Shown: positions 12,085 to 22,794 of the stretch, piece after piece
Position numbering within the stretch: position 1 is the first letter of the stretch
Layout of the letters: each line of letters begins with the position of its first letter
Assembly: GCA_009602735.1 (NCBI GenBank)
Contig: WELA01003159.1
Coordinates: forward strand, 184,284 to 217,511
Reading direction: 5' to 3'
Source of the DNA: Mesotaenium endlicherianum
Lineage: Eukaryota
Length of the DNA: 33,228 nt
Made by a program: the position numbers and the translations under genes
Notes under the pieces: generated by a model
The model's input: only the letters and a program-made list of their open reading frames with translations
Database searches by the model: none
What the model was told of the DNA's origin: nothing

Positions 12085-14883
12085 ATGAATGTGTTTGTTC
12101 TGCAATCGAAGCTGCGCAACTTGATTATTCCCATTACTGGACCCTCTGTAAGCGAGCACCTGCCAACAATACAGTCCAGCATTGTGAAATTTCCAGAGAA
12201 GCTGAGAACACGGCCTCGTTGTTCGTTTCTTCTTTGCCACGGGCTCAAGTTAGTCGCTGCTCAAATTCAAATTTGGAAACCTTCAAGCTTAAAAAAGGTC
12301 GTCGGGTCAAAGTTACTTGCAGTTAAGGAGGGATGTATTGCAGGTTATTTAGAAATTGCAGATGACAACAACGATGGTGGAACTCCTGAGGCCATTAAGT
12401 CACCGGTCTTTCTTGAAGGAAAAAGTCTTAGCGAGATATGTACATGGGGAATCGGTGGCCCTGCCAAGTACTTGGTTGAGGTACACACTGAAGGTCAGAT
12501 GCTGAATGTGATAAGGTAAGAAGTATTGACATGACTTTGGTAAATATTGTTGGAGGATACTTTAGTTGTTGTCCTCCGTTCCTTCTAGTCCTGAAAGACT
12601 TGTTCTGGCTTCAAGCCTGTATCTGAAGAAACCGCACAGTTTGTAGGTATAATACTCCCAAAAGGAAAGCAAAAGAATTAAACTTGCTCCTGACGTCACT
12701 TATGCTTTGCTCATTTAGAAGACGTAAGAGGCTCTAGAGGGCAAGGGGGTGAATGGGAGAGTTGTGTTGCTACCTTTCACCACCATGGATGCAGAGTACC
12801 TCTTACGCTCCTCAGGCCATTATTACAGAGTTTTTTTGTCTTAATAATACGAAGAGATGAACGTGGTAAATATTGAGGTGAGATAATTAGGTCTAGGTAT
12901 TAGTGAAGGCCTGTTCATGGTAGCTGGAGAAGCAATGTAATAATCACGTATCGTCTTGCTGACCAGGTTCTGTCACCAGAATGGCGTTAGCTTCTTTGTC
13001 GTGGGCAAAGGTTCAAACTGTCTTTTCGACGACAAAGGGTTTAATGGTTGTGTGATAGTCAACCGCATCAGGTTCCTGGATGAGGTAGGAAATGGCCTAT
13101 TTCACGTGGGAAGTGGTTCTTCATTCAATACTCTGGGTATTGAAATGACAAAGCGGGGCTACTCAGGCCTTGAGTTTGCTGGCGGAATCCCTGGTACTGT
13201 AGGTGGAGCTATTTACATGAATGCTGGAGCTGATGGCCAGGTACGGTGCTCCTCATCCTGGATTTCGGTCATGAGTGATGTACTTTGTTCTGTCCTCCGC
13301 CTGATCGTATCATTTATAAAACTATCATCCTATTTTGATGAGTGAAGTTCATAAACTATTGAACATGAATCAGTTGAAAGGTCGAATTAATAATGAGTTC
13401 TAGGCCTCATTTCCTGCATGCAAGGAGAGTAGCTAGCCGTGCCAGTTGACCAAATGCAGCAAGAAGGGAAGGACTTACCTGGCAGCGGAGGCAAGGAATT
13501 AGGATTCAGGATGTGTTTAAGAGGTTATCATTGGCCTTGCTGGCAGACCCTAACTCATCCTGTTCTCCTTTTTCCGTCCTCCAGCAATGGCTGGACGACA
13601 TAGAAAGCGGGAAGATTTATTCGTGACCCCTAATTTGCATTGAGCTGCAAACTAGACGGCAGGAAAGAGTGGTGACAGTTGTGCCACAGTATTGGAGCTG
13701 CAAGTGTTTGATTTGGATTTTCTGCAAGGTTCTTGGTTGCACCATGGCTAACACCTGGCCAGTCAACAACCTTTGCAGGAAACTTCTGAAGTGCTGGAGT
13801 CTGTGGACTTTGTGACTGTAGAAGGAAAGAAGGGAACATTGAGAAGGAGCAATGGCGAACTTCACTTTGCCTACAGATCCTCTCCATTTCAAAGGATGGA
13901 GTCGTCTGCTGTCATCGTTGGAGCTACATTTCGTCTGTCACAGTCTCCTGAAGCTCGACAAAGACAGCTGCACCTCATGGACAAGTAAGCCAACCCAAAC
14001 TTTTGGCTCGTGCAACTGGAGTGATGATATGAGATCAGTCCCTATGAAGGATATTCAAGAGGAAGTGGTCTAGCTCTGCAACCTGAGCCACCTAGCCATC
14101 CCTATCAAATCATGCACATATGTACAAGGTCTGATGTTATTAAGCTTCTTGTGTATTGCATGGACGGATGTGTTCCGTCTTTTCCTGCTTTGAATAGTTC
14201 CAACTCGCACAGGGGCTCTATGTGGTAACATCTGTCTTGCTTTTTCAGCTGCATCATGGTGAGGTACAAATTTGGCTTTGGAACTACGTCTGGACTAGCT
14301 CATTAATCTCGCGGTGCTCCTAAGTTTCTCTCCTCTTCTCAATCAGGACCAAGGGTCTACCACCTAATGTTGTCGGGTGCTTATAGTTAGTGTAATGTTA
14401 GTGAAAATTGTCATACCATACAGTTATAATTTTATGAGCTGATGTTTCCTTCTTGGTTGGACACATAGAGATTCAGTATATCAATCATTGTTGGTTGTGC
14501 TTTACTTTGAGGTGTACCCATGTTTTTTGAAAAGAGGTTGCTGTTTTTGAAACTTTTTCGCTTCTTACAGCAGCATTGATGTTGGCTTCATTCACTGCAG
14601 GAGACGTAAGTCGCAGCCCATACTGGAGCGAACAGCAGGTTGTGTCTTTCGAAATCCAGGGCCCGGACACGAATCTGCAGGAGCTATAATTGATCAACTT
14701 GGCTTAAAAGGCTACTCAGTGGGAGGTGCTCGAGTCTCAGAAGTTCATGCCAATTTCTTAGTCAATGAGGGTGGCTCAAAGTCTTCAGATTTGTTAGCAT
14801 TGATTGCAAAGATTCAAGAACGTGCAAAAGCAACGTATGGCATTGACTTACAAACAGAAATAGAATATGTTCCATTCAGGTAG
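12085..14883 (+). CDS. murB: UDP-N-acetylenolpyruvoylglucosamine reductase (MurB) with putative plastid transit peptide, ~397 aa; exons 12085-12515, 12967-13240, 13779-13984, 14601-14883
   Basis: Motifs LSEICTWGIGGPA, VVGKGSNCLFDDKG, GLEFAGGIPGTVGGAIYMNAGA, FAYRSSPF, SQP...AGCVFRNP, GGARVSEVHANFLVN, LQTEIEYV. Three GT-AG introns with consistent phase; ~100-aa N-terminal extension. The start codon is the least certain part. Confidence 0.93.
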
Positions 14884-16014
14884 TCTAGTAGTTGTGCCTT
14901 TTGTACTTAATCAGCATATGAGGCGAGGGTTAACGATAGGAAGCACTAGAGTCAATTGTAATCATGTACGAAGTCTAGATTTAATCCACTTAAGGTGTTA
15001 CCCGTAACAATTTGGCATGGTTTTTCAAAGCCTGCTCTTTAGAAGATGTAGGACTTGCCAATACACTATTGAGGTGTGAAAGTTTGGTGATGTATCATGT
15101 TGTTTGTTACTAGTATCACATGTGTATTCCTCATGCGTGCTGAGTTCGTACTCTTCAGTCATAGAAAGACAATTGGTCGGGGTTTTTAGAATTCTTTCAA
15201 AAAGTTGGCGAAAGTGGTGAATTTTACTGGATTCCCTTAGACTTGTTCCCAAAGACATTCAAATGCATTCAGACTAGAGTGTTCTCTCTTGGAGATGGTA
15301 TCGACTTCTTGGAAGGATTCTAAGCAATGTGGTCTACGTTCCTTGAAAAAAAAACTCACGTAGGATCTTGAAAGGTATCGTTACTTATGCTTGTGCACAT
15401 TAGTTACGTACAAAAGTTACATCATTTACTTATTCAGGCATGACCAATTTCTTCTACCAATTCCTTTACACTTATCCTTAGTCATCTTGTTTGTAGGTAC
15501 AGGTAAAAGCGACATGCATCAATGGCATGAGCCATCTTTGTGGTGATCAAAGGCGTCAAACGCTACGACACGTACGGGCATAATTAAGGGTGTCACTAAC
15601 TGGATAACATACTCAGGACCATATTTGATTCTAAGCGCCATATTAGAGCGTTGGCTTTTTAACTTTTTTACATTGTCGGTGCCTGGCCGACATGTCCAGA
15701 GCAATGCCAAGTGGCAGCCCGATATCTGTTGGCAAATAAAGCCACGTAACTCAAATAAAAGCCGAAGTCATGAGACAGGGACACACAATTGAAGCGGTTG
15801 TTCAGACCGGGCACTTCCCAAACCGGGGCTTAAAATGAGACTCCAGGCTTATTTAGCAAAATAATACACTAGGGAATAGGCATTCGGTAGCCGAGACAGT
15901 GGATACCTGAGTGCCATACATATAATGTCGCATAGAGGATGTGCTAAATTCAGCAGCAGCATGCAATCGGCTTCCAAAGATGTACAACTAAGAGTCCAGG
16001 TTACGATTTAGAGT

Positions 16015-18598
16015 ATGCTCAAAATGGACAATTATTCTAGCCAGGCGCTCCAATTTTTATTGGCGCCTTCTCGACGAGATAAACACCGTCTATTTCGTCT
16101 TGCTTGTATTCTTTCTTTTTCTCTTATTACTTTTGCCTCATCAGACACAAACGCCATTTTCAGTCCTTGTGGAGACCCTGATTTCATCGAAAGAGGGATT
16201 GGGTTCTCCTTTGCCATAGCTTTTGGAGGAGATAGCGTGTCTTGGAATAATTCATCGCCTTGTGACCCAATTAGTCTCTCCGTATGATTTCTCATCCATG
16301 GTTCCTTTCACTAGATAAAATTTCCTTTCGCTGCGTGCACTGCATGGCGTACATTTTTCTTACATTTGATTTAGTGTCTGCTAAGGACTCTCCTTGTCCA
16401 TTTCTGATATCAGTCACCAACTTGAAAATTCTCCATGAGATGCCATGGCACGTACTAACCACCCACTGATTGACTGAAGAAGGGGGAGTAGTCAGTATGT
16501 AGTCCCATCATTATTTTTCTGACGGACATTGTACGTAGAAGACCGGTTTGTATGGTCAGAAGTGCCGTACTTAAAGGCTTCTGAGGGCTATGATAGGGGC
16601 ATGTTGTGAGGCTTCAGGTGAATGACAGTATCTCCCTTGTCTTGGCAGGTCCTCCCAGCAGGAGTTCAGATGTCGGTTTTTAGGCTCAAGGTAGATGAGA
16701 TGACTTTGCTGCGCATCAACAACATAAGCATGGCAAGCGTTTCCACGAGCGTAAGTCGTGAAACACATAACTTATATCATTATGTAACCAGTGGACCCCT
16801 TAATGCATGTCTCGGGAACAGTTATCTTTCAGATTCAGAAATCAATGTCTCAAGGAACTTGACTGTCCTGAGACTGTAAGCACTCTCGCAAGCATAGGTA
16901 CCTGGGCACTCCACCCTCCTCCCCCTCTCTTTAATCTATACCCCTGCCCCCCCCACCCACTTCATCTCCGAATCCAAATATGACATGCTTAGTGAAAGTT
17001 ACATTTTATCTGTTGTTCGATGAGACATACATGGCTTTAATATTGCACATGCCCTTGGACCTCTTTGGCTAAGAGGCGACCTTGTCGATTTTGACAGTTT
17101 CCTGAGATGACCAGCATGATTGCCTACGCTGGGAGTCAGCCGGCAGTCTTCTCCAAGGCCCGAACCATCCGCACGTCAAAGGTGCAACTCAGGACTTCTT
17201 ACAGACCATGATATAGCCTGGGTTCTACCTTGTGTACCACTAATAGCTGTATTATTATCCTTGGGATTGACATCGCACCAGGGCCCAGGTAGCAACATAC
17301 AAGGACAAGACTATTAACAGAGTGCACATTTGATGAAATGCACAACATAATTCCTCAAAAGAAATACATACAAGCTTTTGAAGAGCGAGGACTATCGTTT
17401 CATACTTCTTTCCACTTCCTGTTTTTGCGTGGAGGAAGGAACCCAGATGCAACTTGAAACAAATTGCTCACATAGCTAACAGCAGTGCGCTGAGGTATCC
17501 TCTCTGTTGCGATTATTATATGGTCTCCCATCACATTGGTGCACTCCATGTGTCATCGAGGCAGGCTCCCATAACTCACAAAGACTTTCGTCCTTCTGCA
17601 GGGCCGGGTGCCTGCATTCAACCTCGTTCTGCAGTTTAGAAGGGGAAAGCTTGTCGACTTTCTCTGGTACACTCTTGCAGGCTCCCGACAAGTACATGCA
17701 TCCTCGCAACTATATGCATCAATCAGTCAGCACGCCTTGTGACAAGACATACTCAAAGCTCTTAGCCGAGAGTAGGAGAAGCCTGGCATGGACTGCCTTT
17801 CCTCCTCTTTCTGCTACTTGGCATGAACAAAATGATGATGGGGAGTTGCAACCCGGTCCCCCGCTGCTACACACACTATCACGTGTAACTCCAGAAGCCC
17901 AGTCTTAATTGCACGTCTGCTCGCTCTCCCTACAGACCCACGGTCGTTCAACAACCACAGGTGGCCCACACTCTGTGGCTTCTCTTACGCAAAACGTTTA
18001 ACTCGAACCTGGAACTTCAAACATGTTAGGATCAGTGCGATGATCGATCAGAATTCTTCGCTAGGGAGCACACAGAGGTGGACACACAACCGACGAGCTG
18101 GTGTCTGCATGCACGCTTAATTGGGGACATACAGGAAGGACGAGACGTGCAAGGCGTGCGGTATGTCCAGCGACTACTGCTTCGACAACGACGCCAATTG
18201 CGCCATGGCCGAGGAGGTGTGCGTGGCCAGCCCCTCCAGCACCTGCCGCCTCGCTGTGAGTGCCGGCGGACCACATGCATGGCACACTCACCCTGCTTCA
18301 CGCCACCTCATTGCTACAATCCAAATTCCAACTCATAACCTGCAGGCTTGCGCCCGGCAGGCTGCAGGTGAAGCTTGCTGGGGCCTGGGCCCTTTGACAC
18401 GTCTTGAGTTTGAGCTCTGTGCAGATCCACGTGGCGTTCTCAGGGACTGACAAGCACAATGCTCTGCTCAACTCGTGGTACCAGATTCACGAGCTCAACA
18501 AGTACTCCCTCACAGACCTCTACGCCAAGCTTGCGGGGAACACGCAGGATTCACTCGGGTACGCGATCGACGACTCCGACACCATCACGCAAGGATAG
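16015..18598 (+). CDS. Plant expp1-like (At3g44150-type) putative secreted Cys-containing protein of unknown function, ~270 aa; exons 16015-16281, 16649-16750, 17098-17181, 17602-17666, 18135-18255, 18425-18598
   Basis: Hydrophobic signal-like stretch, then DTNAIFSPCGD...GFSFAIAF, SPCD, VFRLKVDEMTLL, AYAG, FNLVLQFRRGKLVDFLWK...C..C, IHVAFSGTDKH...LNSWY....L..YSL..LY, all matching recalled family motifs. Exon phases are consistent. Start may be the Met at 16024. Confidence 0.82.
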
Positions 18599-21500
18599 AT
18601 GGGAGGACACGAGCCTTGCACTTCTCGGGGCTCGCGAGGCCGGCTTAAGTTATAAATTATACAGGTAATTCATTGGCGTCAAAGTTTCTGCTATAGCTAG
18701 AAAGCCCAAAACTCCACTCCCTGCTGGTTGACGTAACATTCACACTCATATTCACATTGCAATTAGTGTCATCAATTCATCAAGATGAGAAAGCACCAGA
18801 CCCCTCTGCCAGGCGCCAGATGGCGGGATCAGATCAAAACGTGCAACTGAGCACGAAGAAGCACATCTGCTGCTGATCTACAAGTTGTGTCCCGCTTACT
18901 CAAAGGTCAAAGGCCAGCTACCTGAAGCACTACTTAAGCACTACTTGCACAGAAGCAGTTCAGAGCATTGAGTGACCTCTTTGTTTCGAGATCAGTGGGT
19001 ATCTCCTACCTCCACACATCCTACAGCAGGAAGAGTACAGCTTGGCAGCTTGTACTGCTTAGTGCCTCTCTACTAGCAGCCATATCCTATTCTTGTCCCA
19101 TCCGCTGCCTTTCAAAATCAACTGTGGACTCCCAGACTTCAGTAGACCATCGACCCTGCAACCAAGCTGGCAAGCTGCCAGTGCATCTTCCCGTCATCTA
19201 TGATAAACAAGGGGGGGGGGCGGAGTGTGAGAACAATAGTATTTACACGTTCTTGAATGTATCCGCCTGGAAAGTGCTCACTTCTTTCTCCAGCCATCGA
19301 CGCTTCATCACCACAAACTAGTCTCATCTTGGCTCAGCCTTGCACGCTGTTGCCGGCCCCCTTCACCCACCTACTTGAGTCAAAATGAAAAAATGAAGTC
19401 AATATCAAATATCACACGCGATAGTACCGCATTCTCACAAAGTGAGCGCTTGACCTCCACTCCTGCGTCTGCTTACTCCTGTTGCAATCTAAGGACTCCA
19501 AACCAACTATGACAAGACTCCAAAGCTGACTTCCTTAGACGTTCTGCGACATGCAGTAGTGCACAAAGTGCCAGGGCAGCATGCTGCTTAAAGCCGTTGC
19601 GCTCTTACCTGAATCCACACTCCTGCAAAAAGTAACTCTTATTTACACAGAGCGATTGTGGTCAAACTCCCCCCTCAACACTTGTGAGGGAGCTTGTCTC
19701 CAAAGCGCAAAAGTACAACACGTACACTCTGCGCGATGCAAGGAAAGATCTGTGGCCCAGCGTATCGACGGGCGTCGGGCACGCCCCGCACGCCAGAAAA
19801 GCGCACACGCCAACACGAGCAAAGCATACCCTTCCTCGCCGCACTCCATACATCCCTTCCCCCCTCACAAGATTCAGAAGTGCAAGCTGGAAGATTTGAT
19901 GAGGCAGCGTAGCAAATTTGATCCTTGCCAGCTCAGGCTTCGGGATTTCAAAGCCTGAGGGCTCCGGGTTTATGCTTGAGATAGAAAAACAGGCAGCAGA
20001 GGCACAAAAAGCACGCATCAATGGTGGGTGGGGTCCCCGTGTGTGCTTTGAATTGAAACGTATAACCAAATGGTACGTGCTGCGCTGGTTTAAAATATTT
20101 GAAGGTAAAGAAGGCAAAGAACAAGAGAATGGGAAGACAAGCCGGAAAAGGGGGCCGAGAGGGAGGAGGAGGGGTTGGTGTAGGTGCTGTTTGCACCTCC
20201 AACCCTAAAATGTATACCTTAAAACCTTTGGCCTTGCTCAGTCGTAACCCTAAGCTCACGAAGACACAGAAAGGGGGGTGGCTATAAACGGCAAGGAGAG
20301 GACAAAGGCAGCTCTGAGCTCACGATAAGGAGCAGGAGGACGGAAGTTCCAGCGCAGCAGCCAGAGCCGACCGCGCCAGTCAGCTGGGGACACACCTGGC
20401 ACTCGGGCAGAGCGTGCGGCCGACAACAAGCTGACTAACCTCTATGGTTAGGGTCTGGAGTTTAGGGCGAACAGAGATAAGAGCTCAGGTCAGGGACCTC
20501 CTCACTGCGAGACTCATGGCCGACGTGCACGTTAGCGGAAGAGGCGACGAGCAACCGAGTTTGCTGGTGACGCAAAGAAGATAGTGGTCATCCATTACGA
20601 TATCTAGGTAACACTGTGTCACAGCCACAGCCTATGTGCCCAGCCGCGAGCTGGTCCCAGATGTGGGCCTGAGAAGATTGCCTGCGAGCGCGAAGGAGGG
20701 AGAGGCTATCCCTGCTGTTTGCTATATTAATAGGTCCCTGGCCACCCCCAGGCAGAACTATGATGCCAGCAGCCGCCTGCTGTCAGCTGCGCACAGGCTG
20801 GAGTTTGAGGATGTAAGCAGCGCGAGCTGAAATTGGTGCTGGCCCAGATGGCTTCCTGGAGCAGACTAACACTCTGACTCCTGCTCTCACCTGAGGCGCT
20901 GAGCAAGCAGAAAGCACATCAGCTGGCTGTAAGCGAGGTGGCATATGTAAGTGGGGCAGCATACGTGGTTCAAAGAGGGGCTTTGAGGACTTGAATAGGG
21001 TCTATCTATCATCTACGCATGCATGAAAGGCCTCGGGGCACTGATATATACTCTACAGGCTATAGTGGAAGCAAGAAGACGCGATTCACAAGCATCGAGA
21101 TTGAGATGGCAAGAGTGTCAGGCAATCGGCGCGGTGGATTGTATAAGGGGGAGTAGATGGCCGATCCTCTTCCGGTAACACGAGCTGGGAGGAGATGGAA
21201 TCGCATCAACCTTTTCTTTGGTGGTTCAGAAGAGGCAGTCGAGTAGAAGGAGGCCACCCCTTGGTTGGGGACTGAGGAGCTTTGTAGAATGCTGCTGCTT
21301 TGATCAAGGGTGTTCAGGAGTTGCCAGCAAGCTAAACATGTCTACCAAAGTCACCAAGGCAGGGGTCCACAGGACGATTCAATAGGGCTCTCAGCGTGAG
21401 GTTTTTTTTCTGAAGCTAAGGAGCACACTTAAGGCCTGTGTGCATAATACTCCTTTTGCCAGAAGGTCAAAAATATAGGAGAGTTCCTGTCAGGAAGTGG

Positions 21501-22577
21501 GTAACGACTCTGTCACGAAGTTGTCAGGTACACAATTTCGAACAGCCGAGCTTGCACATAAATTGTTTACATGCATTGGAACCTAAGCCCCATATTCCAA
21601 AAGTAAGAGGTGAACTTCTTTGTGTAAATACATATCCAACCATCACAACTGTATCGCCAGATTGACTTCTTCTTTTTTGTGGAGCTCTTCATCACATCTC
21701 CACCTTCTCTCTACCGGTGGCCCCTACCCCCACCCCCACCACCCAACCCCGCCCCACTTCCTCCTTTCTGCAAACCTTTTACTCTATGCGTGTACGTGTG
21801 TGGCCACGCAGCAAACACGACGAGGTGTTCCTGCTCCCCCCGTTGGCCCAACGTCGTGAAATCGCTCCACAACACACCTCCCATAGCAGGAAGCCTTCTT
21901 ACTTTCTGCCGAGAAGACGGCCCTCGTTTGAGAACCACTTTTATTTTACTACCTTCTTATCACGCTTGATGAAGGTGCAAATGCAGGGGATAGACGAGTT
22001 ATTCAAGCACACGAGGGTGACGCAAGCACACGAAGACGAATGATCTGGCGCTCATTGAGCTCGCTGAGACTTCTTGGCATTTGCCGACGAATTTGTGGTA
22101 GATCAAATATGTAGTGTGCGGGAAGGTCCAGCCACGCACATATTGCTCTTGGACGCAGCTGCACTCGACTTGCCAGCATGCATTAACTATATTCGGACCA
22201 ATTCGGACATCCCGAAGATAACTGGAGCCGCGTGCATAACAGTAAGCAGATTGATTGAGATGTTAAAAGTGATGAGACTTGGCCTGAAAGTAGTCATCTG
22301 TCAAGTGTTACATCGGACTTCAGCCTAGCTTGAAGTCTCCGATGTACCACGACAAGGGGACAGCTTGCTCCGTTTGCCTTGCTGTTGTACAAGAAACATT
22401 GCTTGCTTGCATGAAGGAGAAGCTTCGTACGCCTTTTGGTGGGTTTTGTCGCATCAACATCATGATTTCGACCAGTAAGCCAGCTCCATGTACGTTCTGG
22501 AGAGAGCAGGGAGGAGACGCATTGCTTCTGTATGAATCACTGCAAGTTCGTGACTGTCATTCCCCGCTACACGAGTA

Positions 22578-22679
22578 TAAGCACGACATACACTCACAGA
22601 ACACACAGAGAGGCAGCAACTGCCCATAAGCTCGACATATACTCACAGAACACTCACAGAAGAGCAGTATACCTGCCCA
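22578..22679. repeat. Degenerate ~50-bp tandem duplication upstream of the lipocalin gene
   Basis: taagcacgacatacactcacagaacac...gcagcaactgccca (22578-22626) versus taagctcgacatatactcacagaacac...gcagtatacctgccca (22627-22679). Confidence 0.75.
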
Positions 22680-22794
22680 GGGACCTCACACACCGAATTG
22701 CACGCTACAGATTTTCGTAAACTTCATAAGCATCGGTGGCATGAACCTCCTGACGCACGCAGGCAGACAAATTCCAATTCCAGTGTCGAACAAA

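Noticed and set aside
12085..14883. MurB as bacterial contamination or recent transfer
   Set aside because: It has spliceosomal introns, an N-terminal extension and eukaryotic neighbours.
22074..22629. Two short + ORFs upstream of the lipocalin
   Set aside because: TTG starts and no recognisable family.
22578..22679. Repeat as a CRISPR-like array
   Set aside because: Only two adjacent degenerate copies, no spacers, eukaryotic context.
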